From positions 289,023-353,022 of the forward strand of contig CAVVUL010000011.1 in the NCBI GenBank assembly GCA_963751445.1: a stretch of 64,000 bases of DNA, read 5' to 3'. Both the position numbers and the translations under genes were made by a program. The notes under the pieces were generated by a model. The model was not told the DNA's origin, did no database searches, and was given only the letters and a program-made list of their open reading frames with translations. Positions 1 through 10,136 of the stretch are shown piece by piece. This stretch comes from an uncultured Acidobacteriota bacterium (lineage in GTDB: Bacteria > Acidobacteriota > Vicinamibacteria > Vicinamibacterales > SCN-69-37). Every line of letters starts with the position of its first letter. Position 1 is the first letter of the stretch.

Positions 1-1740
1 CGGCATGTCGACGCGCGAGTACGTGTCGACGTAGTACTGCTGGTCCGCGCGCCACTGCCCAGGGTTGGGCGCGAGCGTGTGGTTCCCGTCAGCGGTGGTC
101 AGCCGCGTCAAACCGGTGCCGTCGAAGTTCACGCGGAAATACTGCATGAGATACGGATCCTTGCCCGCATCCATGCCGTTGCCGTGGAAGTAGATCTGGC
201 GCTTGTCGGCGTCGACGCGATCGACGAAGTTCACCTGCCAGTTGCCCCTGGTGATCTGGTTCTTCACCTGGCCGGTGGTGCGGTCGTACAGGTAGAGGTG
301 CGCCCAACCGTCGCGCTGCGACATCCACACGATCTCCTTGCCGTCGGGCGAGTCCCAGCGGAAGGTGCGGCCTGACGACAGGCCGTCGGCCTGGCGGTTG
401 TAATAGATGAACGTCGGGCTGACCTCGTCGATCACCGCCCGGGCCTTGGCGGTGGCGGCATCGACCTCGATCACGCGGTACACCTGGTGCCCGCGCTGGT
501 TGTACTCGAACGTGAACGCGGAACTGTCGCGCTTCCATTCGAGCCGCGAGTTGTTGAACGGATTCGGAAACAACGCGCCGTCAACGATGGTCTGCTTCTT
601 CATCGCGACGTCGAACAGCACCGGCTGCTGGAAGGCGACGACGTCGCCGGGCTTCTGGTAGTAATTCGTCGACGTCTTCGGCTGAAGCTGATCCGTCGGC
701 GACGACTGCACGTAGGTGACGAGCCGGTTGTAGCCGGGACGGGTCCGGAAGACCGCGAGCTTCTGCGAGTCCGGCGACCAGGGCAGCGTGTTGCTGACGC
801 TGCCGCCCGCGGCACCCGCGGCGCCGGCGCCACCGCCCCCACCACCGCCGGCGCGACCGCCCAGCGCGTACGCGTTGCCCTCCGATCCGTCGAACGAGAG
901 CTGCACCGCCTGGCTGGCGCCCGCGCCGGCCTGGCGTCCGCCGCCGCCGGCGCCGCCGCCGCCCGCCGGGTTCGCGCCGCCGGCATTGCCACCGGCCGCG
1001 GCGACGGGCCGAATGTAGACGTTGTAGTTCTGAATGAACGCTTCCCATTTGCCGTCGGGCGACGGCCGCGTCTCCGGCTGGTCGGCGGCCGGCGCCGCGG
1101 CGCCCGCAGCAGCGCCACCCCGGCCGCCCGCGCGGCCCTGCCCCGCCGCCGCGCCCTGGCCGGCCGCCGGCGGCTGCACGCGCGCGCACGTGTAATCGGC
1201 GAGCGAGCAGCGATAGCGCGGCGCGGTGTCGGCCGCTCCGCCCGCCGGGGCTCCGCCGGCCCGGCCACCCGCGCCGCCGCCGGCGCGCCCGGCGCCGCCG
1301 ATGGCGAACTCGATCGCCTGCATGTTGTCGACGAACGTGAACGTGGAGAACGGCAGCGTCACGGCCGTGTACTGGCCGCTCGCGGCGGTGGAGATCGCGG
1401 TCGCCAGGCGCGCGTGATCGAACGCCGCGGCCTTGGCTGGTGCCGCGGGATCGACCAGCACGAACTGGTTCCCGCCTTTCACCGATTTCCGGTACCAGAA
1501 CTTCGACGAGCCGTCGATCCACACCGGCGCTTCCGCGACGTCGTAGACCTTGTTGTTGATGCGCTGATTCAGGCTGTTGGCCCGGTCGTAGTCGGCCTTG
1601 ACGTCACCCGACTGGGCGCCGACGATCAGCGGAAGCTGCGTGAGGAGCACGCCGGCCGCCACAGCCCACAGCACGTGGGAGGCCCTGATCCTGAATCCGT
1701 TGATACCGTGTCGGTGCGTCATGTGCTTCATGGCCCTCAT
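1..1740 (-). CDS. S9-family dipeptidyl-peptidase IV-like protein: signal peptide plus N-terminal beta-propeller region (3' end lies beyond window start)
   Basis: Absent from the ORF track because it has no stop inside the window. My own translation of the minus frame from ATG 1740-1738 stays open for all 580 codons. The N-terminus MRAMKHMTHRHG..LWAVAAGVLLTQLPLIVGAQS is signal-like. FRWDSPDGKEIVWMSQRDGWAHLYLYDRTTGQVKNQITRGNWQV and YFHGNGMDAGKDPYLMQYFRVNFDG match the DPP-IV N-terminal domain as I remember it. Several Gly/Ala/Arg-rich low-complexity inserts are encoded between ~795 and ~1310. Confidence 0.7.
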   Translation of the reverse strand, partial: MRAMKHMTHRHGINGFRIRASHVLWAVAAGVLLTQLPLIVGAQSGDVKADYDRANSLNQRINNKVYDVAEAPVWIDGSSKFWYRKSVKGGNQFVLVDPAAPAKAAAFDHARLATAISTAASGQYTAVTLPFSTFTFVDNMQAIEFAIGGAGRAGGGAGGRAGGAPAGGAADTAPRYRCSLADYTCARVQPPAAGQGAAAGQGRAGGRGGAAAGAAAPAADQPETRPSPDGKWEAFIQNYNVYIRPVAAAGGNAGGANPAGGGGAGGGGRQAGAGASQAVQLSFDGSEGNAYALGGRAGGGGGGGAGAAGAAGGSVSNTLPWSPDSQKLAVFRTRPGYNRLVTYVQSSPTDQLQPKTSTNYYQKPGDVVAFQQPVLFDVAMKKQTIVDGALFPNPFNNSRLEWKRDSSAFTFEYNQRGHQVYRVIEVDAATAKARAVIDEVSPTFIYYNRQADGLSSGRTFRWDSPDGKEIVWMSQRDGWAHLYLYDRTTGQVKNQITRGNWQVNFVDRVDADKRQIYFHGNGMDAGKDPYLMQYFRVNFDGTGLTRLTTADGNHTLAPNPGQWRADQQYYVDTYSRVDMP

Positions 1741-1812
1741 GGCTGACTCCTGTGTGGTGGCGATCCTAGCGCAAACGAGCCCCGCGGATGCCCGGCGGAC
1801 CGACCCGTGGCC

Positions 1813-2052
1813 TTACCCGATCACCTGTCCCCCGCAGCGGTCGCACTTGCCCGTGGCGGCCGCGACCCGCGTGGACGCGTCGTCCAGGATCGCGCCGCAG
1901 GACGGGCAGATCGGCCGCGCGGCGTTGCGCCGGCGGTCGAGCCGCCAAATCAGACCGGCGATCAATGCGGCGTAGGCGAGGAACACCGCCCCCTCGATCG
2001 TCAGCCTGACCGGCGGCACCACGTGTGCGTCGGCCCACCGGATGAACAGCAA
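1813..2052 (-). CDS. Small hypothetical membrane-anchored zinc-ribbon protein (possible frameshifted N-terminal extension to ATG at 2161)
   Basis: ORF 1813..2052 contains a hydrophobic segment (AVFLAYAALIAGLIW) followed by CPSCG..x..CDRCGG. The frame upstream continues as ..LAVVAVGLGLGQLLF without a start codon. A 22-codon ATG-initiated piece (MYTRESFDAQRAAVKAVERRES, ATG 2161) sits in another frame, 3 nt after the GH35 stop. Confidence 0.35.
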   Translation of the reverse strand: MLFIRWADAHVVPPVRLTIEGAVFLAYAALIAGLIWRLDRRRNAARPICPSCGAILDDASTRVAAATGKCDRCGGQVIG

Positions 2053-2164
2053 CTGCCCGAGGCCGAGCCCGACGGCGACGACCGCCAGCCGCCGTGGACT
2101 CGCGGCGCTCGACGGCCTTCACCGCCGCTCGCTGCGCGTCAAAGGACTCCCGCGTGTACATGAA

Positions 2165-4058
2165 CTAGCGCGCGGCAGCCGGCCGGTCGTCCAGCGTTGG
2201 CGCGCCGCGCAGCGGCGCGGCATCCGTCTTGTGCAGATCAAGGACGAGGACCTCGTTGTCGCCGGCCTTGAGCCAGGATGCCGGGCAATACAGCCGCTTC
2301 TGCGGGCCGATGTCCCAGTAACGCCCGAGGTTGTGGCCGTTCACCCAGACGACGCCCTTCCGGTAACCGGTCATGTCGATGAACGTATCGGCGGGCTGAT
2401 CGAGGCGGAAACGGCCGCGGAAGAACTGGCCGGGCTTCGCCGGATCGGTGATGGGGGCGGCCGATCCCGGCTGCCCGGGCTTGAGCGTCGCCACCCACGC
2501 GTCGCTGAGCGGCAGCAGATACACCCGCCAGTTCATGAGGGTCATGCCCGCCAGGGTCACGCGATCCGTGATGCCCTTGCGATCGATGATCTCCTGCGCG
2601 AAGTTGATATGCCCCATGCCCTCGACGAGCACGTCGAGCACCGGCGCCGGATTCGAGGTCGCCGGCAGGTCGATCGCCTTCTCGCCCAGGCGTCGGTCGA
2701 GCGAGCCGATGAACTTGCCGTCGACATAGACCAGCGCGTAGTCATGCACGTCGGTGATGGTCAGCCGCCCGCTCTTGCGGCCGACGAGCGTCGTCCGGTA
2801 CAGCACCAGACCCTGATTCTGTCCGTAGGTTTCGAATGGCCGCGGATGCACGGCGGCGATGGGCGCGGGCAGGCGGTCCCATAGCGAGACATACGGCGCC
2901 ATGGCGAACTCCGGGATCGCGATGGCGGGAATCGGATCGGGCACCGGCGGCAACGACCGTCCTGGCGGGAGGTACGAGGCGATGAGATCACGGAGCGCGG
3001 TGTATTTCGGCGTGGGCCGGCCTTGCTCGTTGATCGGCGAATCGTAGTCGTAGCTGGTCACGTCCGGCTCGTAGCCGCCCTTGCCGCCCGAATTGGCGCC
3101 AGCCGTGAAACCGAAATTGGTGCCGCCGTGCGCGACGTAGAAGTTGAACGACTTCTTGTTGGTCAGCAGGAACGTGACTTCCTTGAGCAGGCCCGGCAGC
3201 CCCGGCGCAGCCCACTGCTCGCCCCAATGCGTGAGCCAGCCGGGATACGTTTCCGACGAGAACACCGGCACGCCGGGCACGATCGATCGCGCCAGCTCCC
3301 AGTGCCGCTCGTTCGATCCGGAGTCGAGTCCGACGGCCGCTCCGGGCAAGCTGCCGGCTTCGAGCATGTAGTTGGTCGGACCGTCGCCGGTGAAAAACGG
3401 CACATCGATGCCGTTCGCCTTCCAGACGTCGCGCAGGCGCGTCATGTAGTTCCGATCGTTCGCATAGCTGCCGTACTCGTTCTCGACCTGCAGCATCAGG
3501 ATCGGCCCGCCCCGAGTCACGAGCAGCGGCTTGACCACCGAGGCGAGCTGCGCCATGTAGCGTTCGGCTGCCTGCATGTAGCGTGGATAGAGGCTGCGCA
3601 CGCGGAGTTCCGGGATCCTTGAGCAGGTACGGCGGCAGGCCGCCGAAGTCCCATTCGGCGCAGACGTACGGGCCCGGCCGCAGCAGCACCCACAGGTCTT
3701 CCTGCTGCGCGGCCTTGATGAACCGCGCCAGATCGCGGTTGCCGGTCGCGAAGTCGAACTTCCCTTCTTCGGACTCGTGGTAGTTCCAGAAGATGTAGGC
3801 CGCAATCGTGTTGCAGCCCATCGCTTTCGCCATCCGGATGCGGTGGGACCGGTACTCCGCCGGAATCCGCGCCGGGTGCATCTCGCAGGAAATGATCTGG
3901 AACGGCGCGCCGTCCAGCACAAAGTCCGTCGGCCCGAGCGCGAACGTGTGGCGTCCCGACGAAGGCCCGGCCGGGGCCTGACTGAACGGCGTGGCCGACG
4001 GCACGGCCGCCAGGGCAAGCACGCAGGTGAGGAGGGCGAGCAGGACTCGTCGAGTCAT
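2165..4058 (-). pseudogene. GH35 beta-galactosidase, one frameshift (or sequencing indel) near 3612-3614
   Basis: N-terminal part in ORF 2988..4223 from MTRRVLLALLTCVLALAAVPS (signal) through ..MHPARIPAEYRSHRIRMAKAMGCNTIAAYIFWNYHE..VCAEWDFGGLPPYLLKDP. C-terminal part in ORF 2165..4018 from ELRVRSLYPRYM..LMLQVENEYGSY.. to the end. The junction is a GGG/CCC run where one extra base breaks LLKDPELRVRS. Confidence 0.85.
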
Positions 4059-4075
4059 GCAGCAGACATTACGAC

Positions 4076-4148
4076 GAAAAGTCGAATCCGGGATTCTTTT
4101 TTCGGCGGGGTCTGGTGGGCGAAAAAAGAATCCCGGATTCGACTTTTC
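4076..4148. repeat. Perfect 29-bp-stem hairpin (copy 1), loop GCGGGGTCTGGTGGG
   Basis: GAAAAGTCGAATCCGGGATTCTTTTTTCG (4076-4104) and its exact reverse complement (4120-4148) flank a 15-nt loop. It is AT-rich relative to its surroundings and lies just upstream of the GH35 start. Confidence 0.9.
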
Positions 4149-4161
4149 TGGCGAGCGCCCG

Positions 4162-4413
4162 CTACGCGACGGTCGCGCCAAACAGGCGGCCGACCAGCGC
4201 CGCGCAGGCCGTGGCCACCGCACCCCAGAACATGACGCGCGCGGCGCCGCGCACCAGCGGCGCGCCGCCGAGGCGTGCCGCCGTCGCCCCCAGGACGCCG
4301 AGCAGCACCGATCGAACTGGCGCTGATGGCCCAGGTCATCTGGCCAACCGGTAGCAGGGACGCCAGCAGGACCGGCAGCCCGGCGCCGGCCGCGAACACC
4401 GCGGCGCTCGCCA
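4162..4413 (-). pseudogene. Truncated, frameshifted duplicate of the 3' end of the VIT-family gene
   Basis: 4149-4413 aligns by eye, at roughly nine positions in ten, with 4487-4750. This includes the stop context CGAGCGCCCGCTACGCGACGG. The fragment encodes ..AAVFAAGAGLPVLLASLLPVGQMTWAISASS, then loses frame through a 1-nt insertion (CACCGATCG versus CACCATCG). Confidence 0.7.
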
Positions 4414-4489
4414 GAAAAGTCGAATCCGGGATTCTTTTTTCGCCCACCAGACCCCGCCGAAAAAAGAATCCCGGATTCGACTTTTCTGG
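4411..4489. repeat. Same hairpin (copy 2), stem extended to 32 bp, loop CCCACCAGACCCCGC (reverse complement of the copy 1 loop); likely terminator of the VIT gene
   Basis: Arms 4414-4442 and 4458-4486 are identical to copy 1, with additional CCA/TGG pairing. The loop is the exact reverse complement of the copy 1 loop. It sits 11 nt after the VIT stop (4500-4502). Confidence 0.9.
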
Positions 4490-4499
4490 CGAGCGCCCG

Positions 4500-5195
4500 C
4501 TACGCGACGGTGGTGCCGAACAGGCGGCCGACCAGCGCCGTGCAGGCCATCGCCACCGCGCCCCAGAACATGACGCGCGCGGCGCCGCGTATCAGAGGCG
4601 CACCGCCGAGGCGCGCCGCCGCCGCCCCCAGCACCCCGAGCAGCACCATCGAACTCCCGCTGATGGCCCAGGTCATCTGGCTGACCGGCAGCAGGGCCGC
4701 CAGCAGGACCGGCAGTCCGGCGCCCGCCGCGAACGCCGCGGCGGAGGCCAACGCCGCTTGAAGCGGACGCGCGCGTGTCGCTTCCGACATGCCCAGTTCA
4801 TCCCGCGCGTGCGCGCCGAGCGCGTCGTGCGCCGTCAACTGATCGGCGACCTGCGTGGCCAACTCCTTCGTCAGCCCACGGTGCTCGTAGATCCCGGCCA
4901 GTTCGGCCCGCTCGAACTCCGGCTGTTCGGCCAGTTCCTTCCGCTCGCGCGCGAGATCCGCTTCTTCGGTGTCGGACTGCGAGCTGACGGACACATACTC
5001 ACCGGCGGCCATCGAGAGGGCGCCGGCCACGAGGCCGGCAAACGCCGCGATCACGACCGCGGCATGGCTTGGCTCCGCGGCCGCCACGCCCACCACCAGG
5101 CTGCTCGTCGAAATCAGACCGTCATTGGCGCCCAGCACCGACGCCCGCAGCCAGCCGATGTGTTCGGTGCGGTGAAATTCGCGATGTCTCATCAT
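4500..5195 (-). CDS. VIT1/CCC1-family iron/manganese transporter
   Basis: ORF 4500..5258; probable start at MMRHREFHRTEHIGWLRASVLGANDGLISTSSLVVGV. It has the family-typical GANDG motif, an acidic cytoplasmic stretch (SQSDTEEADLARERKELAEQPEFE) and C-terminal TM helices. Its ATG overlaps the upstream stop (ATGA). Confidence 0.85.
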   Translation of the reverse strand: MMRHREFHRTEHIGWLRASVLGANDGLISTSSLVVGVAAAEPSHAAVVIAAFAGLVAGALSMAAGEYVSVSSQSDTEEADLARERKELAEQPEFERAELAGIYEHRGLTKELATQVADQLTAHDALGAHARDELGMSEATRARPLQAALASAAAFAAGAGLPVLLAALLPVSQMTWAISGSSMVLLGVLGAAAARLGGAPLIRGAARVMFWGAVAMACTALVGRLFGTTVA

Positions 5196-5867
5196 TCGGG
5201 CCTCCCTGGCGCGCAGGCAGCCGGCGGGCTCTGGCGCAAGTCGTAGCGGCACAAGCAATAGGTGAACGCCTGGACGGCCCCCTTTGGCGTGTGGTGTTCG
5301 TCTCGGCGGCTCTCGACCGTCGTGAATTCCGGACCGAACTCCCCTTGCAGCGTCGTCGGCGAATATCGCGCGACTTCAAGGCCGCTGCAACGCGTCGGTC
5401 CGTCTTCCGCGAACGTGGCGACCATCACGAAGCCGCCCGGCCGCACCGCATGACGCACCTGCGAGATGTATTGCCGGCGATCGGCCTCCCACGTCAGAAA
5501 ATGAAAGACCGCGCGGTCGTGCCAGACATCGAACGCCGCAGCGGGCAACCGCGCCGTCAGCACATCCGCCTCCAGCCAAGTGACACCGGCCGCCCCGCGG
5601 CCCAGTCGCTGCCGCGCCTGCACCAGCGCGGCGGCGGAGAGATCCAAGACCGTGATCGCCCGATAGCCTGACGCCAGCAGGCCGTCCACCAGCGTTGATG
5701 CGCCCGCGCCGACGTCGAGAATGGCCGCGCCCCGATCCGGGGCGATCCTGCTCAATGAGGCTGCGCGAGAGGCGCGCCTCGGGCTGGAACCAGCTGACCT
5801 GTTCCGGCCCGTTCTTCTGGTACACCGCTTCCCAGTGCGACTTTCGATCCATGGGCTCTGTGTGCAT
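5192..5867 (-). pseudogene. Class I SAM-dependent methyltransferase, one frameshift near ~5745
   Basis: The N-terminus (M)DRKSHWEAVYQKNGPEQVSWFQPEARLS.. lies in ORF 5376..5867. The remainder lies in ORF 5192..5755, with the SAM-binding motif AILDVGAGASTLVDGLL and VRPGGFVMVATF. Confidence 0.75.
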
Positions 5868-5938
5868 ACCAGCGGCGCCGATCGCAGACCGGCGATCGCA
5901 TCGATGTTACACCCGGCTGCGCCGCCGTGCGCCGAGGC

Positions 5939-7676
5939 CTACCGCCGGTACACCACCTTGCCGGCCAGCAGCGTCATCTCGCAGACGAGGTTCTTCAGCT
6001 CCGCGGACGGGATGCGGTACATGTTCTTGTCCCACACCGCGATGTCCGCGTCCTTGCCGACTTCCAGCGATCCGACCTGCTGGTCGAGGAACATCTGGTG
6101 CGCGGCCCAGATCGTGTACGACTTGAGCGCCGTACGGATGTCCACCGACTCCGCCATGCCGAACGGCGTCTTGCCGTACGCGCCGGCCTGCGTCTCCCGT
6201 ACCACCGACGCCCACAGGCCATAGCGCGCGGCGTACGGCGTGACGTAGTAGTCCGACCCGCCGCCCCAGATGACGCCGGCCTTCTCGTAGCTCTTGAACG
6301 GCTCCAGCCGCGGGTTGCGCGTCGGCCCGAAATTGCCGGCATACGTATCGCCAATCCACCACAGAAACGGCGCCTGGGCCTCCGGATAGCCCGAGTCGTA
6401 CGTCTTCTGCAGTTCGGCCATCACGGCAATCGCGTGATCGGTCGGCAGGTTGGCGTGAATGATCGAGTGTCGGAGGCCTTTGACGGGGTGCGCCTTCAAG
6501 CGCCTCCGCGTAGGTGTCGACGACCACGTCGATGCCCCGGTCGCCGACGGCATGAGTGCCAACGTGGATGCCCGCCGCGGTGAGCATGTCCACCTGCTGC
6601 TTATAGATTGCCGGATACTGTTCATCGTTCGCCGGATAGCCTTTGTTGCCGGAGTCGACGCCCGTCAGGTCCTTGTTCCAGTCGTCGTACATCCACGCCG
6701 TGCGTGCGCCGCCGCTGCCGTCGATGTAGAGCTTCACGCCGCCGGACACCAGCCGGCCATCGCCCAGCGAGGCCGGCAGCTTCGGCGCGGCGTTGATCGA
6801 CGCCATGGCCCGCTGGGTCGACTGCGATCGTGCCGCCGCCACCCACAGCGCCGTCACGCGCACGGTCAGCTTGCCCTCGTCCAGCAACTGCTTGTAGAGA
6901 TCCCACTTCGCCTGGTTGATGTTCAGGTCCTTCGCGCCCGTCATCCCTTCGCGACCAAACCCCTCGATGATCCGCAGCACGTTGTCGCGCATGTTGCCGC
7001 GGCCGCCGGCCGCCCGCCCGCCCCCGCACCGGACGCGAATCAGACCGGTGGCGCGCTCCTTCATCACCCCGGTCGGATTACCGTCCTTGTCGCGGTCGAT
7101 CGTGCCGCCAGTCGGATCCGGGGTCTCCTTGGTGACACCCGAGAGCTTCATCGCGAGCGAGTTGGCCACGGCGTAGTGGCCGGTCGTATGGTTCAGATAG
7201 ACGGGATTGTTCGGCGCCGCCTTGTCGAGATCCGCCGCCGTGATGTAGCGGCGCTCGGCGAGTTTGCCTTCGTCCCAGCCGCCGCCGCGCACCCACGCGC
7301 CCGCCGGCAACTTGCCGGCCCACGCCTTGACCTTGGCGATGACCTCGTCCATGTCGCGCGCATCGCCGAGGTCCAGCGTGTCGGCCGCCTCCGAGAAGTG
7401 CACGTGCGTGTCGATCAGGCCAGGCGTGGCCGTGCGGCCGAGCAGGTCGATCACCTCGGTCTTGTCGCCGACGAACGCCTTCGCGCCGCCACTCGACCCG
7501 ACAAACACAATCTTGCCGTCACGGATCGCCACGGCCTGCGCCACCGTGTCTTTCGCGTCAACGGTGATGACGACGCCGTTCGTCAGCACGAGATCGGCCG
7601 GCGGCGTCTGCGAGAGCAGCAGCCCGCCGGCCAGCGGCAACGAGACTAAAAGGCCGAAGCCGAATCGTCTGGTCAT
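5939..7676 (-). pseudogene. Secreted metal-dependent amidohydrolase (YtcJ-like, amidohydrolase_3 type), one frameshift near ~6498
   Basis: ORF 5907..7676 gives a signal peptide plus GLIDTHVHF (metal-binding HxH) through ..IDVVVDTYAEAL. ORF 5939..6625 continues KAHPVKGLRHSIIHAN..GGGSDYYVTP..GSLEVGKDADIAVWD. Confidence 0.8.
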
Positions 7677-7733
7677 GGCCGGGATTGTAGCGCGCGCCGG
7701 ATGCGCGCGATGCTTCCGCCCGGCCGGCCGCCG

Positions 7734-8504
7734 CTACTCCACCAGCGTCGGATACAACCTGACCGCGATGGCGAGCAACGCGAGGAAGACCCCGCCCAGG
7801 ACGCCAAAATCCAGCACGACGCTGTGGGCGGGCTCCGCGCCGACAATCAGCAGCCCCCGGAGGGCGTCCACCAGGTACGTCAGGGGATTGATCGCCGCCA
7901 CCACGCGCAGCCAGCCGGGCATCAGGTCCAGCGGATAGATGGCGTTGCTCGCAAAGAACATCGGCATCGTCAGGAGCTGGCCGATGCCCATGAACCGTTC
8001 GCGCGTCTTCACGATGCACGCAATGATCAGGGAGAACGTCGAGAACAGCCCCGAGCCGAGCAGCACGCCGGCCAGCACGGCGACGACCGCGCCGGGGCTC
8101 CATTGGATGGGAATGCCCATCAGCAGCGCCAGCGCGTAAATCACGGCGGCCTGCACGAGGCCGCGGAACCCCGCCGACACGGCCTTGCCGAACACCAGCG
8201 AACTGCGCCGCGCGGGGCTGACCAGCAGCTTGTGCACGACGCCGAGGTCGCGCTCCCAAATGACGGCGATGCCGTAGAAGATGGCGCTGAACAGCACGCT
8301 CTGCGCGAGGATGCCTGGCGTAATGAAGGCCAGGTAGCCGACGCCGCCCGTGTCGATTCCCCGGGCGTGCGCCAGCACCTGCCCGAACACCGCGAGCCAC
8401 AGCACCGGCTGGACGGCGCGCGAGAACATCTCCGTGGGATCGCGCAGGAGCTTGGTCAGCTCGACCTGGGCAATCGCGGTGCTCTCACGAATGAACCGGC
8501 CCAC
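7734..8504 (-). CDS. ABC-2 type exporter permease
   Basis: Intact 256-aa ORF with six hydrophobic segments and an ABC-2 style sequence (..LLRDPTEMFSRAVQPVLWL.., ..NPLTYLVDALRG..). It lies directly downstream of the cognate ATPase. Confidence 0.85.
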   Translation of the reverse strand: MGRFIRESTAIAQVELTKLLRDPTEMFSRAVQPVLWLAVFGQVLAHARGIDTGGVGYLAFITPGILAQSVLFSAIFYGIAVIWERDLGVVHKLLVSPARRSSLVFGKAVSAGFRGLVQAAVIYALALLMGIPIQWSPGAVVAVLAGVLLGSGLFSTFSLIIACIVKTRERFMGIGQLLTMPMFFASNAIYPLDLMPGWLRVVAAINPLTYLVDALRGLLIVGAEPAHSVVLDFGVLGGVFLALLAIAVRLYPTLVE

Positions 8505-8515
8505 ACCTGCCCCGT

Positions 8516-9322
8516 TCAGCCCAGACGACGCGCGGTCCGCCGCGTCTCGACCGCATTAGTGAAATCTCCGCTCTCGCGGATCCCGCCGCCCGCGTACCGC
8601 GCGAACACATCGTCCATGCTCGCGTCGTCGCCGAGCGACGCGCGCAGATCGGCCGGCTTGCCCTCGACCGCGATGCGGCCGGCGTGCAGGATCGCCAGCG
8701 CGTCGCAGAGTTCCTCCGCTTCTTCCATGTCGTGCGTGGTCATCAGCACCGTCATCCCGTAGTCGCGACGCAGGTCCCGCAGGCGATCGCGGACGGCACG
8801 ACGCGCGATCGGATCGAGGCCCAGCGTCGGCTCGTCGAGAAACAGGATGGCCGGGCGATGCAGCATCGCCTGCGCCACTTCGAGCCGCCGAATCATGCCG
8901 CCGGAGTAGGTGCGCACCAGGGCGCTCGCGGAATCGGTGAGGCCCATGAACGCCAGCGCGTCACTGATGCGTCCGCGCATCTCCGCCCGCGGCAGGCCAT
9001 AGAGCTTCGCGGAGAGCCGCAGATTTTCGTAACCGGTCAGCGCGCCGTCGGCCGACAGCGCCTGCGGCACGTAGCCGATTCGGCCGCGGACCTCGGCCGG
9101 CGCCGCGATGATGTCGAAGCCGCCGACCTGCGCCGTGCCGGACGTCGGCGGCAGCAGCGTCGTCAGCATCTTGGTGAGCGTGGTCTTCCCCGCCCCGTTG
9201 GCGCCCAGCAACCCGAAGATCGCGCCATAGGGAATCGTCAGATCGATGCGATCGACGGCGAGCACGCTGCCGAACCGGCGTGTGAGTTCGGTCGCGTGAA
9301 TGGCCGGTCCGGAAGGCGCCAC
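8516..9322 (-). CDS. ABC transporter ATP-binding protein (DrrA/ABC-2 subfamily)
   Basis: Walker A GANGAGKTT, signature YSGGMIRRLEVA, Walker B ILFLDEPTLGLD and an H-loop TTHDM. Confidence 0.9.
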   Translation of the reverse strand: MAPSGPAIHATELTRRFGSVLAVDRIDLTIPYGAIFGLLGANGAGKTTLTKMLTTLLPPTSGTAQVGGFDIIAAPAEVRGRIGYVPQALSADGALTGYENLRLSAKLYGLPRAEMRGRISDALAFMGLTDSASALVRTYSGGMIRRLEVAQAMLHRPAILFLDEPTLGLDPIARRAVRDRLRDLRRDYGMTVLMTTHDMEEAEELCDALAILHAGRIAVEGKPADLRASLGDDASMDDVFARYAGGGIRESGDFTNAVETRRTARRLG

Positions 9323-9332
9323 GGCCAGCCGC

Positions 9333-10016
9333 CTACCGGCGAGCGGGGTTGGCCTGGCCGCCGCCGAGGATCTTCGCGATCTCCGCCTCGAAGGTGCTGC
9401 CGGCCGGCGTCTTCTCGACGAAGCGCCCGATTTCCTTGCCGTCGCGGAAGAACACCCACGTCGGCACGCGCGTGATGTTCCACTTCTCGGTCAAGCCTTC
9501 GGTGTCCTTCTTCGTCCGATCCACGCCCACCATCGTCAACATCGCGTCGCCGATGCCGGCGGCCGCCATCGTCGCGACGTACCGCGGGACTTCGCGCTTG
9601 CTGTCGGGGCACCACGTGCCCAAGACCAGCAGCACGGTGTAGTTCTTCGGGCTACGCTTGATGGTCGCGACTGCGGCGGGATCGGGCACGTAGTGCTGCT
9701 CCCAGAGCAACGCCCAGGGCGCGTAGGCCTTCAGCGCCGCGGGGCTGACGTGACCAAGCAGCGGCGCCGGCGTCACGGGAGCGGCAGCCACAGGGCCGAG
9801 CGACGGGACCGGTGTCGCAGAGGGCGCGGGAACGGGCGCCGGAACCGGCACAGGCGCGGCCGGCGTCGGCTTCGCGCTGGCGGTCGGCGGTGTCACGGGG
9901 GTCGGCGCCGCTTTCGGGCCGCAGCTCGACGCCATCAGAATCGCCGCCGCGAGTCCGGCCGCGCTGCCCATCCGAACCAGCGGACCGGGCTCCCTGGATT
10001 CCCACGGCAGCGTCAT
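9333..10016 (-). CDS. Thioredoxin-fold lipoprotein with monothiol WCPDS motif
   Basis: ORF 9333..10046. It has a lipobox-like LMASSCG, a Pro/Ala/Thr-rich linker, then a thioredoxin-like core VLLVLGTWCPDSKREVP..RVPTWVFFRDGKEIGR. The start is ambiguous (10016 or 9971). Confidence 0.7.
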   Translation of the reverse strand: MTLPWESREPGPLVRMGSAAGLAAAILMASSCGPKAAPTPVTPPTASAKPTPAAPVPVPAPVPAPSATPVPSLGPVAAAPVTPAPLLGHVSPAALKAYAPWALLWEQHYVPDPAAVATIKRSPKNYTVLLVLGTWCPDSKREVPRYVATMAAAGIGDAMLTMVGVDRTKKDTEGLTEKWNITRVPTWVFFRDGKEIGRFVEKTPAGSTFEAEIAKILGGGQANPARR

Positions 10017-10136
10017 GGCGGCTCTCCTCGCGAAAAGACGATCCAATCGTTGAGGATACCATTGCGTCGCCCCAACGTCGGACTCGGGCCCCAGGAGCGA
10101 CCGGGAACTCTGGACCCTGGACCCTGGACGCTGGAC

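Noticed and set aside
4055-4447. 130-aa ORF MGEKRIPDSTF... and its mirror 4115..4354
   Set aside because: They are composed of the two hairpin elements plus the decayed VIT 3' fragment. The only meaningful stretch is the VIT-derived ..AGAGLPVLLASLLPVGQMTWAIS.
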